Below are positions 40,201-55,200 of a DNA stretch of 60,000 bases, in pieces. The DNA comes from Lytechinus pictus (lineage: Eukaryota), in assembly GCF_037042905.1 (NCBI RefSeq), contig NC_087263.1, positions 14,758,001 to 14,818,000 on the forward strand, written 5' to 3'. Position numbers and translations under genes: made by a program. Under the pieces are notes generated by a model that saw only the letters and a program-made list of their open reading frames with translations, ran no database searches and was not told the origin of the DNA. Positions within the stretch are counted from its first letter, which is position 1. The number at the start of each line of letters is the position of its first letter.

Positions 40201-43200
40201 TTCGTTTACAATATTAACAACACTGTAAAAAAAAAATTATGAATCAGTAATTAACACTTAATGTATTTAAGCAGAATTTACAATTTGTAATTATTTTTCG
40301 TTTTTTTAAAGTAGTTTTAACTTGTCTTTTAATTTACTTGATTTATTTGGGTTCAATATACATTTAAGAAAATTCACGTATTGATAGCTTGCTTTGATTG
40401 AGTAAATCTAACTCAATTAGGCAAAGATGAGTATTACTTATAAAATCAAGTCGAATGTACTTATATTTTTCAATTAACGCCATATTTAAATAATGCATGA
40501 ATATTCATTAGAGCAAGTAAATGTTGTTGTTTTTTGGTTAATTATTGTCGTATCTATTTGTGTTTGAAATTGTTTTGGATAAGGGTGTGCTAACTATTTT
40601 ATTCTTTTGTTGAATCAAAGAAAGAGCAACATTAAAAGTCATTTAGCAGAAAATTTCAGATTTCTTTTTAGGTTTTCGATGCTTCTATTATTCTCACTGT
40701 TTTATTTGTAAGAATGAAACGATCACATATAAATATCAATGTCAGTACCTGTACATGTACAGGTAAGTGACAATGCACAAAGTCTAATATTTGGATATAA
40801 CATGTCTAAGATGAAAATGATGCCACCAAAAGTGGGACGATGGGGGAGCGGAATCCCGAAAGTCCACTCCCCCCATTTGATTTTTTCAAATATTTTAGTG
40901 ATTGTTTTACTTAATTGAATTAGGTTATTGTAACTTAATTTTCTTTAGTAAAATGGATGCAAAGGAAATAAGTAAATTTTACTTAAAACTGCCAAACTCA
41001 TAAATACTCGAACAAATTAAGGCAGTTTCTAAACATAATCGAATTAAATAAATAGGGCGGTATTTTTTACAGTGTGATAAGGTATTGTTTAAAGTTGAAA
41101 CCTATCCATAAGAATAAAAAAGCGATGTTTAATTTATAATATATATTGCTCAAAATTTGAATATCAATTGCTGTTCGAATAATTCAAAACATATGTTTGA
41201 ACACCTACTTACACTTTACAAACACCGAGTAAACTTTTACCCAATATGTGGTAGAAATGGAACATGCATGTTTGCTGGGTATTTTTTACTCCATATTGTG
41301 CTAATTCAATGCAATATTGCGTAAAATTTACAAAATATTCGGTATCTATATCTTTTTACCCAACCAACATGCATGTTCCCATTTTACGCAATATTGGGTA
41401 GACCTAATTTTGTTTAGAGTGTAAACTAGCAAGTTCATTTAGTGAACCAGGTTGTACTATACTTATACATGTTTTTTAATTTCCGTTTTACTGTTCCTGC
41501 ATCTTCCCCACCATCAAACTAATTACATATTTTTTTTTTTTTTCAATCGACTCAGCTGCTGTGGAACTCCCTCGGGCTCGGCTAGCCACCCTCATCCCAG
41601 GGACTAATCTTACGTTCCCGTTCTTCGTCAACGCTGTGGGAGGGGCGTGGCAGCAAGACCGTCTCATCGACGTCCTTGCTTACGCCTGTTCCGATATTCT
41701 TCCTGCGATCACCACCATGGTGCCAGAAATCAGGTCTTTTTCCTTTTTATTCGAGCCCATTTGCCGACAGCTCCGGAGCGCGGCGAGAGACTTGGAGGAT
41801 TTCGACTCGACTGGTTACTGCAACGAGTTGACGGACATGGTGACAGCTCTGCTTCCCAGTGCTCCTGTAAGTAATGATTCGATAGGCGATCCTGGAGAAG
41901 GGGGAGGTGCTGACTCGATGGATGATCCTCTGGGCATCCTCAATGCACTGATGAACGTCACCTTAGAACTCTACAATATCAACATCTTTGACCCATCGAC
42001 CATCTGTCCCAATATCGAAGGTCTGCTGCGGAAGCCCTTCCCGGCCATCCTCTTGGAGTTTGGGGGTGAGATGATGAGTAGGTTCCTACCGTTGGCACTC
42101 CAGCCGCTCTGCAGGTTGGATTCTTTTCTGGAACAATTCGGCGTAAACTCATCTTCGCCTTTCTATGACATCATACAGGAAGCAGTTCGCTTGGCTTCGA
42201 GAGCTGTAGGTTATGAACAAAGAGAGCAACTTTGCGCCCAAATAGTAGGAGTCGTTCACAAAGGTAAGTGTATTTTTGATAAGGTAATCTTTGGTTTGAC
42301 AGAAAACTACCAAATTATGTAATTTTGGTATGTTATTGTTAGCCTCTTGAAGAAAGAACAATGTTCTTAAAATATGATTCACCTATGAGTATGAATATAT
42401 TTCATTTACTTCGTAGAAAAAAAATTGCGGTGTAGATTAGTGTACAAGGTAGACAACACCAGCTAATTACTCTGGTGTTATTTTCGGTATCCAAAACCTG
42501 TGGGTACGTTATTACAACACCTTATTTTGGTCTTTAGGCAATCGGTGGTCATGCATTGGTGTTATGTTTAACCCTCAGCGAGCTATTGGTTCTCTACGAA
42601 CACCAGGACCCCTTCTTACAAAGAGTTGCGATTGATCAAATCAATCACAACTATGGACGGCCAGCAACGTCAACATCTCTTATGCATGTTTTCTAACTTA
42701 TATTTTGCATTCATTGTTTTCTTGAAAATTCACTGTGCTTCTCTTTGTTTACGAAGGACATTGTGCAAATTTCCAGTACAAAAAATTATGACACTGATGG
42801 ATTTCCATAGAGTTATGATTGATTGGATCAATCGTAAGTCTTTGTAAGACGGGATCCAGTTGTACGTGTCAGATAACCAAGTTTTTACAGTGTACGTGCT
42901 TTTAATCCGTAGGAGGTGGGGTCCGTCACATTCCATCATCAAGGGCAGGGGCGGATCAAGCCATATGAGCGCTTTCATTACAATACTAGGGTCCAAGGGT
43001 AGCTGCACTTTATACATCATGCACTGCAAAAACTGCAGTGTTAATTTAACACCAGTCCGGAATCTATATATGACCACACCAGAGAAGTGTTAAAATAACA
43101 CCGGTTTGGTTTTGTACTAATTCCAGATAGGCATTTATACAACACCAATTAGTGTCAAAACAGCAACGATTTAATTTAAAACCAGTGTTGTTTTAACACT

Positions 43201-46200
43201 TCTCTGGTGTGGTCATACATAGAGTCATGCACACTGGTGTTAAATAAACACCGCAGTTTTTGCAGTGGGTACATTACCCAGGTGGGCTTCACTGAATTAA
43301 ATAGTTGCGTTGGGCGATGTCGGGAACGTTTCCGTCCTGGTCCCCATTGCATAAAAGTTACCATTGTGACTTTGCTTTGCAATAGTATACTTGAATCTTT
43401 GATTCTGATAGCCTGTTGAGCGTTGTTACCGTGGAATAGTGTTACGATTGAATGGCGAAGTTACCATACATGTAATAGTACCTTTGATGCAATGGGGCCC
43501 TGAATCGTTAACGCCCTGGTACCATGTCGTAGTATCCACTTGTGGAGTATGGTTTCATATCGGCCGCGGGGTTGAAATAAAATGGGTTATTTGACCAACT
43601 GGTTATGAGACGAAATGATCATAGACGAACTGGTGAGTAAACGAAGTGATGATTGGACCAAATGGTTGTATATTGGCCCAAGTGGTTGTTAGAAAAAATG
43701 TTGATGGGTGGAATGATATTAGACTAAAATGAGGGTACTCCTAGTGATAAGGACCCCATTGGAAATAAGCCATCTCGGCTCTCATGGGTTATTCTGTCAA
43801 GGTATACACTTCTGTTCATATTTTCTTGTACTTGTTCATAGTTACCTGACAAATAAAATCAATCAATCAATCAATCAAGTGGACGAATCGGCAATGAAAT
43901 TTATCATTGTCTTACACATCGTGTACTCTTTATTTCTTCCCCAGGGCACGAGAAGCGTCTGAGATTCTCCAAAGACATCATCAAGGAACTGTTTAGAATC
44001 CCTTTCAATGCCGACACGTGTGATTCTTTGCTTAGTGGTGCTATTCGTCGGGTCGTAAGGCCTCTCCTTACGGAAGTAATCCCAGGTAGTGGGCGTCTCA
44101 TACGCATCAGTGACTACCTTATTTCCCGATTCAGTGGCTATCGGAATGTTTACGATTTCTGTAACCACCTGGAGACAGCGTTCAAAAGTAAGCAAATTTT
44201 CTTATTTTTCACACTTATTTATAGTCGTCAGAGGCATGCAGCCTCAACCACCCCCCCCCCCCCCCAAAAAAAAAACCTTGGGAGTTAAGACCTTATAAGG
44301 AAATCTTGTCAAAAGCGCTAAAGGAACAAATGGACATTATAAGCAAATTTTCTTTAAAGGGGAATGAAACCTTGGATCAAGTAGGCTTGTGTCAAAACAG
44401 AAAAATCAAAGAATAACAAAGTAAGTTTGAGAAAAATCGGACAAATAATGAGAAAGTTATGAGCATTTGAATCTTGCAATCATTAATGCCATGGAGATTC
44501 TCCCATTGGCGATGCGACAAGGATGTGTGATGTCACATGTGAATAATTTTCCCTTTGATGGACTATAAAATACCAAAAAAATGTCTCTTTTTGCTTTTTC
44601 TTATGGTGATACAAACTCTTCATCCATGATGTATTCTTTAAACATATATTACATGCAATCCTATAGAAATAACACATGATCTACTGTTAGATGTGACAAA
44701 AGAGGCATTTTAAGTGAAATATATACTAGAATAATGGGGAGAGTTGTTCACAAGTGACATCACACATCTTTGTCGCATTGCCAATGTGAGGATCTCCATA
44801 GCATTAGTGATCGTAAAATTCAAATGCTCATAACTTTCTCATTATTTGTCCGATTTTTCTCAAACTTTTGTTGATCTGTTTCTTTGATTTTTCTGTTTTC
44901 ACACAAGCTATCTTGTTCCAATTGTTTCATTCTCCTTTAATTATGCTACGTATGTGTCTCACTATAAGCAAACAATGCGAGCCGAAGCGCACGAGCTGAT
45001 TTTTTTTGTAGACTATTGACCAAAATATACCTGAAAAGAGACATTTTAAAGACTTTGTAGGAATTCATGAAATAATCATTATTACCGGTACACTGTGAAT
45101 TAAATAATGCGAGCGCGAATCACGAGCTGACGGGCAAGCTAATTTCTTTTTATTCAGTTCAGAAAAGGGGCATTTTGAATGATTGTTATTAGGAATTCAT
45201 GAAGAGCATGAATTTGTCACAAATGCACTAAATCGAAAGCGATGCACGGACTGAACATTTCTGTTTGTACTTGTACATTCAGACTTTGAAAGATGGCAAT
45301 CACTAAAAAAATCACGAAAAAGATGCGTATATTGTATGAAGGCTCGAAGCGCGACTAAAAATCCCGAGGAAAAATATTTGGTGTACTGTGTTTATTGACT
45401 TGAAAACGGATAGCACCATTCCTTGAAAAGTTTATGTTTTTCATAAAACGAACGAGCGCCAGGAGTGATGAACAGACCCTAACTATATCAGGTTTCCCCC
45501 AAAAAGATTAAATTCTCCCTTTTCTTTTCCCAAATGTCCCTCTTTATTTCTCCATTTTTTCTCTTCTTTTCCCCGTTTTTCTTTTTCTTTTGCTAGCAGA
45601 GTGTGTGTGGGGGGGGGGGGGGGGGACGTGCCCCAGCCCGTATTTCCGCCACTAATTATTACCATTATTACTATCATATTATCATTATCATTATTACTAT
45701 CATCATTATTATTACTATCATCATTATCAGCAGCAGCAGCACCATCATCCTCATGATCATTATCCTCAATAGGTTCATGTACATATGAAAGATATTAGTT
45801 TCATCAAGTTCGTGATTGTGATTCAAAATATTTTTATTATATATATATGTCTTTATGAAATGTGTTTATATTGTACATAGTTGAACAAAGGCTCTATATC
45901 CCTCTTCCAGAACTTGATATTTCTGTAGATTGATTTATTTTGTGTGTTTATTGTAGGTGAAGTTCCTCTCCCTCGACCAGCTTTTGGGGAGATCATATCT
46001 GGTTCAGACCTGACTATATCTCTCCTGATCAACTTGGCTGGTAGCCTGTGGAGCCAGGAGAGTACTATGGAATCCTTGGACTATGTCTGTACCCACGTAC
46101 TTCCTGTCATCACCAGGACTGTCCCCGAATTCCGGGAGGCGCGGGTCCTTTTGCGCCCATTTTGCGATGTTATCGAGTCTGCTGGAAATCAATTCGACGC

Positions 46201-49200
46201 GACAGATGTCTGCCTCGACCTTGTGGGCGAAACATGGGAACTCATTTCATTCCTCACGCCACAGAGTCGGGAGGACTTGTATACGTGCCCAACGCAAGAG
46301 ACCACGACCCATCACGGTGATGAGCACATCGATGTCCCCGACGTCTATCAAAACGAATCGTACTCCATCGAAACGGTGGAGGATGTTTCATTTGTATTAG
46401 CCCTCCTTGTCAACATTTCTGAAACCTTTAACATCGATATCGCCAACCTGACAACCATCTGCCCCCTAGCGCCTCGACTCTTAAGGCCACGTTTGCCCGA
46501 TGTCATCAAGGATTTTGGTTCCGAGATATTCAGTTTTCTGCTGCCCCTGGCCGAGCCGATCTGTCATAACTTTACTCTATTCCTGGACAGTACCCTCGCT
46601 TCTTTCGGAGTCAATTCGTCATCTCCCTTTTATCACATCATCCAGGATGCCGTTCGTATCGCCTCGAAACTTGTGGAGTATCCAACAATAGAAGAACTCT
46701 GCGGAGACATTGTGCAAAAACTCGCGGATTTTCAAGGTAAAGTAGGCCTAACTAAATATTGTAGAGGCTTTGCACTTTGTTTTATATTAATTATCAAAAT
46801 TTTCACCAAATATGATTCTATCCAAAACCTCTTTCTAATCCAATTTACACAAATCGAAGAAATCTATGTTGTGTAAAAAAATACGAAGGAAATAGTAATC
46901 ATTTAATGATCATCAGTTCTCTCTTTCTCTCTTATTTGTCTACACAACGAATGGAGGTTGTCCATACAGCAATTTTGTGGATGGATAGAGGGTCGAAAAG
47001 AGGGTCGAAAGTGTTTTTTTTTTCTGAATTCATTGAAATTGTCAGTGTTTGTTTTTTCCTTTGCATTCAACTGCAAGATGGGGGTGCACTTTACCGTCTG
47101 CTATGCAATGCATAGTGATACTTAAAAATCATTAGCCATGGGTTTGTATCAGTGATGCAGTGAGTTACAAATGTTGAGGGTATCAGAAATGGTGGATATA
47201 GCAAAAATTTTAAAAGGGTGCGAGCGAGCTCTTTTAATATCACAGTGTGTTTATACTGTTTACACAGTGGACTATGTGAAACTATTATTCACACTGTTGA
47301 AATGCTCAAATATAACAGTGTGAATACATTTTCACACTACGGACACCTCGACTGTGTGACTGTTCACATGGTCGACTATATGTGAATATATGATTCACAC
47401 TGTTGAAATGCTCAAATTTAACAGTGTGGAGATATTTTCACACTGTGGACACCTCAACTGTGTGACTGTTCACAGCGTGTTCACATCGTTGACTATGTAC
47501 ATTGTTATTCACACTGTTGAAATGCTCAAATTTAACAGTGTGAAAGTGATAACACATTGTGTTCCACACTGTAAACACACTGTGACACACACTGAGACAC
47601 TGTTCTTTCCAGAAGGGATAACTTGTTTTCTTGCTCACATTTTGTGTTTTATTATTTTCATCAGATTTCGATGACAACAACAGGCTAGATTTCACTATGG
47701 GTATCATCAACTCTCTCATGGAACTTACTACTAATGTGGATAGATGCACCCAAATATCCACCGACATCCTAGTTTTCATTGTCGAACCTTTAATCAACAT
47801 TGGAAATGAGGGAGAAAGATTCAATATCACCTTGGATCTTATCCATACATATACAGGGTTCAGGGGTGTTGAACCGATATGTCAGGCAATGCAAACAGCC
47901 TTCGATGGTAAGATAAACTGATTGGGCCTATTATTTTTATTTCAATCATTTCTAGCTATTATTGCAATTTAAAAAAACACACCCACACAAATATGCCAAT
48001 GTGCCTGAGGCTGAAATTTTTTTAGAGGAAATGTGATTATCACAATGTACATCACATTTCACCATCAATAGGACAATTTTTTGGCCTATTACAATAATGA
48101 TAATAAATGCTGGATTTATATAGCACTTTTTGAATTTTATTTTTACCCCGGCTTTAGTTCAATATGCATAGAATAACATGCATAAAAAAACTACTTGAAT
48201 CTCCACATGGTTGTTGTGGGTTTTTTTAGGCCCACTGAAAAAAAGGGTGAGTGAATTACATGAGAGTAGATCAATCCAATATTTCACTTTTTTGTATACC
48301 TTTCCACCTTGGATGTACACATCCTCCTCAATCCTCCTGTTTATTAGCTTGAGAGCTGTACCCCTTTCTCCACCCCCCCCCCCGTGAGCTTTCTTCTCTC
48401 CCGACAATTCATCTTGTTTTGTTTCCATTACGCCGATCTAGGATGTGCATCGCCTCGTCAAGCCGACATTGATGCTTGCGGAGAATGTATCAGACGTCCT
48501 TCGGTTGGGAACATAGACTATCATTTTGTGTCTAACCATGCGGACTGCACTGGCAGATGCCCTCGAGGTGAGTTATAGCATGGACCTATGAAAAGATGGA
48601 CTATTAACGCGAGCATTTCTTTGACCCAATGATAGTCACCGTCACCTGGTTATGCGCATCTTAATGAGAACATACAGGTGTTGTAACAATAGCAATTACC
48701 ATGACTACCAAGGGTATCTGATCACTCAAAGACGGAACAGTTTCCCGGTCTTGATTTTTGTTGGCTGATCCCCTGTTTCAGTATGTGCCTTTCAGTCAAT
48801 ATGCTTCATATATGGATCAGCAAACTTGAGAAGCAGACGATTTTTATGATATAAAATATGATATTATTCGATCCGCTAACTACCGCTCACACATAAGGAC
48901 CTCAATAACATTGAAAGATACACGATCTACACATGTTATGTGCCACGTATATCTGGAATATTATGGAGAAACTTGGGAAAATTGAATTTTAAATGGTAAA
49001 CAATCAATCACAATATTGCCTCTATATTAAAATATGCAGACATTTCCCCAAATAAAACACATGGAACTAAGATTAACAAAGGTAAACAAAAACTGCACAT
49101 CGATTATCCATTATTTCATTGATTTTCTATCAACTGCGCATATAATTTGTGAAATATAAATGTCCAATCACGAACTAATTCAGTCCCTTCTCACGGTGAC

Positions 49201-52200
49201 GATCATAGGACCAAAGAAGACTAGTATGAAGAGAATGTTATTCAGATGACAATTACCGTCACCTGTTAGTGAATTCATTATCTAAGCGATGAATGTCCAT
49301 CTCTTCATAGGTCCATGGTTATAGGGAGGAAAATGCTTCAAACCTCTTGCAAACAGACGGATTTCACCTGTTTGATGATACTTTATCTAGAATAAGCTAC
49401 GCCATTCAATGCACATGGCATCAAGCAACACGAATATCAGGCCTGAATGAGTAAAACTTCCTGGCTGATCATGAAGTCAGACCTAATTAGCCTCGGGGAA
49501 AACTATAAATGTTAGACCGAAAACTTCCGCTGGTCCACTGGTATACGTCTCGTAGCTTCACTACAGCTCCTCCATAGACTGAAGTCATTCTTCAACTCGC
49601 TACAGGGAATGAACCTATTCGCCAAAATTAATGATTCATTTTACCATTAAATCACTAATACAACACAGCATGGTTTCTATAACAAATTTACTGTCAGCCA
49701 ATCAGACTGAATGATTTCAGTAACTTTCGTTCTGTCAATGTTGCATATTTGTTATCATAATATGTTTTATGAAACTGGCCCCTGGTCCAGCCACTCAGAA
49801 CCATGTGCAGTACGTCTCTATCCTGAAGGCAATTTTTTTTTTCGAGGGTAGACCAAAAGCTTTGGTCTCTGTTATATTGGTTGTTCCGCTGAACTCCGTT
49901 GGCTCCACTCGCCAATTACAAAGAGAAATTAAAAAGAAATTAAAAATGCTAAAAAAACTCCACGTTACAGACGGCTGCAGCTGTCTATTTTGAGGGCTAC
50001 TTTTCACAATCTAATGCATAAATCAATCTGCAATATGGGATAAGCTTTGACATTGCAGTGAATGGGATTTTTTCTGGGTTTGTCTTTTTATTCATATAGA
50101 ACTTGGGTGGTTATTGTATTTGAAAAATGTTGTTCGAACTTTTTTAAAGTTTTGGTTCAACTTGCTCTCATTTATTTATTTCTGCATCAGTTTTGATCAC
50201 TCTTGGTTCAAATTGTCCTTAGGCAATACCACAAGTGTGCCCATGAGGATAAGGGTTCAAAGGTCATCTAGAAGTCAAAAGGTCAAATGAAGTTTTGGTT
50301 CAACTTGCTATCATTATTTCTGCATCAGTTTTGATCACTCTTGGTTCCACATGTGTGCCCATGAGGATAAGGGTTCAAAGGTCATCTAGGAGTCAAAAGG
50401 TCAAATGAAGTTTTGGTTCAACTTGATCTCATTATTTCTGCATCAGTTTTGATCACTCTTGGTAATTTGTCCTTGGGTAATACCACACGTGTGTCCTTGA
50501 GGATGGTTGGTCAAAGGTCATCTATAGGTCATAAGGTTAAATGATATGAGATCATGTCCATCCTTTTTTGAAGCTTTGAAGCTTAGGCTTACTCTCATTT
50601 ATTTATGCATCAATCGTTTTTCACTTAAACATTGGGTAATACCACATGTGCGTTTATGACGATGCTAAGGTCAAAGTTTGTAAGAGATCATACTATATCG
50701 CGAAATTAGACAAGACTCTTCGTGCAATGCGAAATCACCTTGTTTAATTGTTAACTATTTCTTTTACTGTTTGGTATTTCAGAGCAAGACGGCACTAACG
50801 GCCCTGCTGAATTGAACAGTTGTCTGCGATGTGTAGGAGGGTCAACGTGGCGTCCAACCGATGCGGGCATGAATGAGTGTGGCACTTGTGGGTTTTTGGC
50901 AGGCTTTGATTGCGTTGGCTGCGATGGACAAATAAACAGGTATGGTAATAATGGACTTGTGGATCATATAACAAAACACTTTTCATAAATTCAGTCAGAG
51001 CCAACACAAATATTTTCTTGAAGTTCATCCACCATGAATACACAAGTAGGCCTCTACCTACAAATAAGTGAAGATGCATAATTTTTACAAAGTACTGATG
51101 TCTCCTTTACAGTATCACTATCAGCTTCCGATCGAGCCCCTCTTCGTATGTGAAATATTTGGTCACTCAAAAATGGTATTGTTTTAATACTGACCATGTG
51201 TTTTCTGTAGGAAAAGTTGGAAAAAATAACAAAATTGCTGGTCAGCTATATTTTTACCATATTTTGGTTATTTTGAAAAAAGGGTGTAGATCTACATGAA
51301 ATTGGCCCTTTTTTATCATCTTTCTATTAAATTTTCTTTCAGAAGGATCTTCAAAGTTTTAAGGGTATGAAATCCTTTTCTGATGCGTAAAAATGTTCGC
51401 GTTTGGTAATACGAACATTCACTATGCTATGTATCTTTTTAACCCATTTTCTACCTGACCCAGGTGGTCTATAGGCATGACACTTTGCAGTAGTGTAATG
51501 GTTATTCTAATCCTTGAATGCGTGGTTCTTGCACAAAGCCTATGGGAATTACAGAATAAGTGAACAGGTGAAAAAATTATATAAAAATAATATATGCTAG
51601 TATTTTCGAAATATTTTGTGCCATAAGAATTTTTTTGGAGCTTCATGAGCGCCAAGGACAGGTGAATACCGGAGCTATACAAGAACCCATCATCATTTTA
51701 CAGCGCTTTTTGTCAATCTACACTTTATATATGATATTCTATTCTCTGATATATTTTTGGCAATGATGACATTGCAAGAGATCCAGGATTTCATTTTGAA
51801 AAAAAAAATGGGGTGAGGTTAGCAACTTTCTCAAAATTTTACTAAGAGAAAATGTCTAAAAAGTATAAAATATTGAAATAGGTATACTTTTTACACCCAA
51901 TTTCATCTGGAAAGCAGAAAGAAGTAGACCAGTTCGCTAATAACACCCCAACCAAGTGACGAAACAGATTTAATTTACATACGAACCCAGAACATTAAAA
52001 TCAGAGGTAGACAGTTGAATTCATAGAAGCACGTTACTCTTAGGCCCCGTCTTACAGGGAGTTATGATTGATCTGATCAACCTCAACTATATGGAAATCC
52101 ATCAATGTCATAATTTTGTCTTCAGACAATTTGTAAAATGTACTTTGTGACCAAAAATAAGCACACTAAATTGTCAAGAAAACGATGAATGTGTGAATAT

Positions 52201-55200
52201 ACATCATATCAGGAAAATATTTTTGAATAAACATGCCTTTTAGATGTTGATGTTGCTGGCTTTCCATAGTTGTGATTGATTGGATCAATTGCAATTATTT
52301 CGAAGACAGGGCCCAGTTTTATAACAGTTTTATGTTTTTTGTTTGCAGTGGTCTAGAATTTGATGCTTGCGACATATGTGGAGGAGACGGCAGCGATTGC
52401 ACGGCGGTATCATCCATTGTTCCTGAAATCATTCCATCAGGAGGAGAATATGAGGTACATGACAGTTACTCAATGTGGATAGAGTTAGTGTACAATTAAG
52501 GCACCCCTAGTAGTTGAATATGTTGGTTTCTGTTGTTGTTGTTGGCTTTAGGAGTTCGTTTCATAAAACCTGTTATAGTAACAAATATACAATAACAGTT
52601 AAAAGCTACAGAAATCTTTTGATCTGATTGGCTGATATTATTTTTGTTATAGAAATAGTGCATTTGTTGTTATATCAAGTCTTTATGAAACGGGACCCAG
52701 AACTGAGACCTTGATTGAAACAAACGGAACAGAGACAGTAAGGTTGGGTTTTATAAATAATGATAATATTATTAATGCATATGATTTATATAGCGTCTTT
52801 TCCATTTTGATTAAATGCTCAAGGTGCTTAGAAGAGAGCAAAACATAAAAGTAAAGAGAACTAAGAGAAGTACAAGAAAGGGTAAATTCTAAATGAGGAA
52901 ATATAATGCTGTAGTGCTGGGCGATATTTCGAAATTATCGAAATTATGCAATATTGAAAAAAAAAAATATTTGAAAATGGTTTTATGATTATGTTGATAT
53001 AATTTCAATTTATGGTCAATTTTATATTGTTTTTTTTTATTTTTTAACAAGGTAAGAATGTTCATCTGTAAAAGTGTATCCGATTTAAATTACTTTAATG
53101 CAAACCTTCAAACAACATCTTAAATTACTTTGTATTATGTTGGAATGGAAATGAAATAAAGAATTGAATTGAATATATCAAGGTAAAATTACCAAAATAT
53201 TGTCAATTATGAAAAGTTATTCACTATTAATTGACCACAACGCTGCTCTGTATCTATTTAAACCAAATGAGACTTTATTAGTTGGTACCCAAATGCCTTC
53301 CTTTCATGGACAAGCACAGATAAAAGCCTTACTTTCATTTCCCCCTGCATCTCATAATGGACCTAGATAGTGAGTTTTCAGACCTGGCGTTTTACATACT
53401 CGCTCGCCCTAAATTCATTTTTTTTGGGTCACATGCAAACCTTAGTGAAACACCCCTTGTATGTACTGTATCTTTTCTTTTAGATTACTGCACATGGAGG
53501 AGGACTACGTGCAGACCCAGCTCATGTATGTCGATTCAGTCTCCGAAATGGGGATACGGTCCATGAATTTACCTTGGCCGCATCTCAGTCATATGTTGGA
53601 ACATGCACAGTGAATAATCTTCCTGCAGGTAGTTATGATACTGTTGATAAGATAGTAGCACAGGGCTAGGGCCACAGGGGGAGGGCATTTCTTTACTTGA
53701 AGTATTAACAAAAGAGGAGAGAAAGCAAAGGGAAAAGAGGAAGATATAAGAAAGAGGACTTGATAAAAGAACTTTGTAACTTTGTACTAAATAGAATATA
53801 TGCAGGGCTTTAATTCAAGGATATCTATTTGATTGCTGCCAATGCTTCCCTGTATGGCATAAAGCTATTTTTGTGGCCTTATATTATTAATTTCAGGGGA
53901 AAAATGCACATCACCTTTAGATCTTCAGCCCCATCCGTGGAATTAATACATGTTCTCAGGACGAAATAAATTGCAAACTTTGCTAGAAAAGAGAATACAC
54001 GTATAGCTATATTTATAGCTTTCAGGTTTCTTAAAAAATTACACTGTTCCCTATTACTTTACAACAGGCACATACGACTTTTCGCTGCTTGCTTCCGGTA
54101 CCGATCCAATGAACACCTCCATAACTCTACAAGTTTATGACCGTGAGTATACGTATCATCACTTGATTAATTTCTCAAGGCTTCATGTTTCTTTTTTATT
54201 CCTGAAATTAATTATTAGGTTTCAACATTTATATAGTTTAATGATGTTTTGCAGCCTTAATTTGCAGAAAGAATTGCGATCAGACATAAAAACCGAGACA
54301 CAGATGCCACAGATGTCTGCTTCTGATCGGTCTAAAATCAATATGCAAATGATTTGAGGGATTGCATTAATTTTCTCCAAGGCGTCCCTTATTGTTTGAT
54401 ATACAGTCAATTATCATGGCATTGTAGTGGTCCAAAGCCATGAATTTTAGATAAGTTCTCCAGGCCTTCATTTTTCATGATATTAAAGAAAAAACACTTC
54501 AAAGTTTTCCGAATAGAAAATAAATCTGTTTATCTGGACTAACACTGTAATGGAAATGGATAACAGTTTCACGTCCGACCTTGGGACTCTTCTTCAGATT
54601 GTCTGAACTGGCGGGAAATCATCGTTGCCACTTGGCGCCAATGCACAATAAATGTTATTGTTTTTGAGACGTTAAGGAATTTCCAGTTCAGAAGGGCCGA
54701 AGATAGAAGTGTCCATGATCAGACATGAAACTGTTCTTCATTCCGTGATGGTGTTGAAGAATAACACTTCACAATTTTACACAGAGAATATAAATCTGTT
54801 CATCTTGACTAACTGTTTTGAAAATGGAGAGCAGTAAGTCCAAATGATCAGATTTGATTAACAGATTTATTTTCTCTTTGTAATTTATCTTTCTTCCTGG
54901 ATGAATAAAACCATGCATCAGTTACTTCAAAATTTTGTTCAGGACCAGGTGATTCCTGTACAAAACATATGGGGAAAAACAGAATTCAGCAGTCAACTGG
55001 TTAACCCATTGTCTACTGGAACCGGGTAGTCCCTGTACAAAGCCAATTGGAAAAACAGAACTCAGTAGTCAACTGGTTAACCTTATGCTTACTGGAAGTA
55101 TCTAACCCTTGTACTAAGCCTATGGGAATGACAGAATTCAATAGTCAATAGGTTGAATTGTTTTCACTGTTATTTTTCCGACATACAGCAATTGACATAG

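Noticed and set aside
49520..49562. Second hammerhead-like motif on the minus strand
   Set aside because: Core is broken (ctatgga, cgagac); too degenerate to call.
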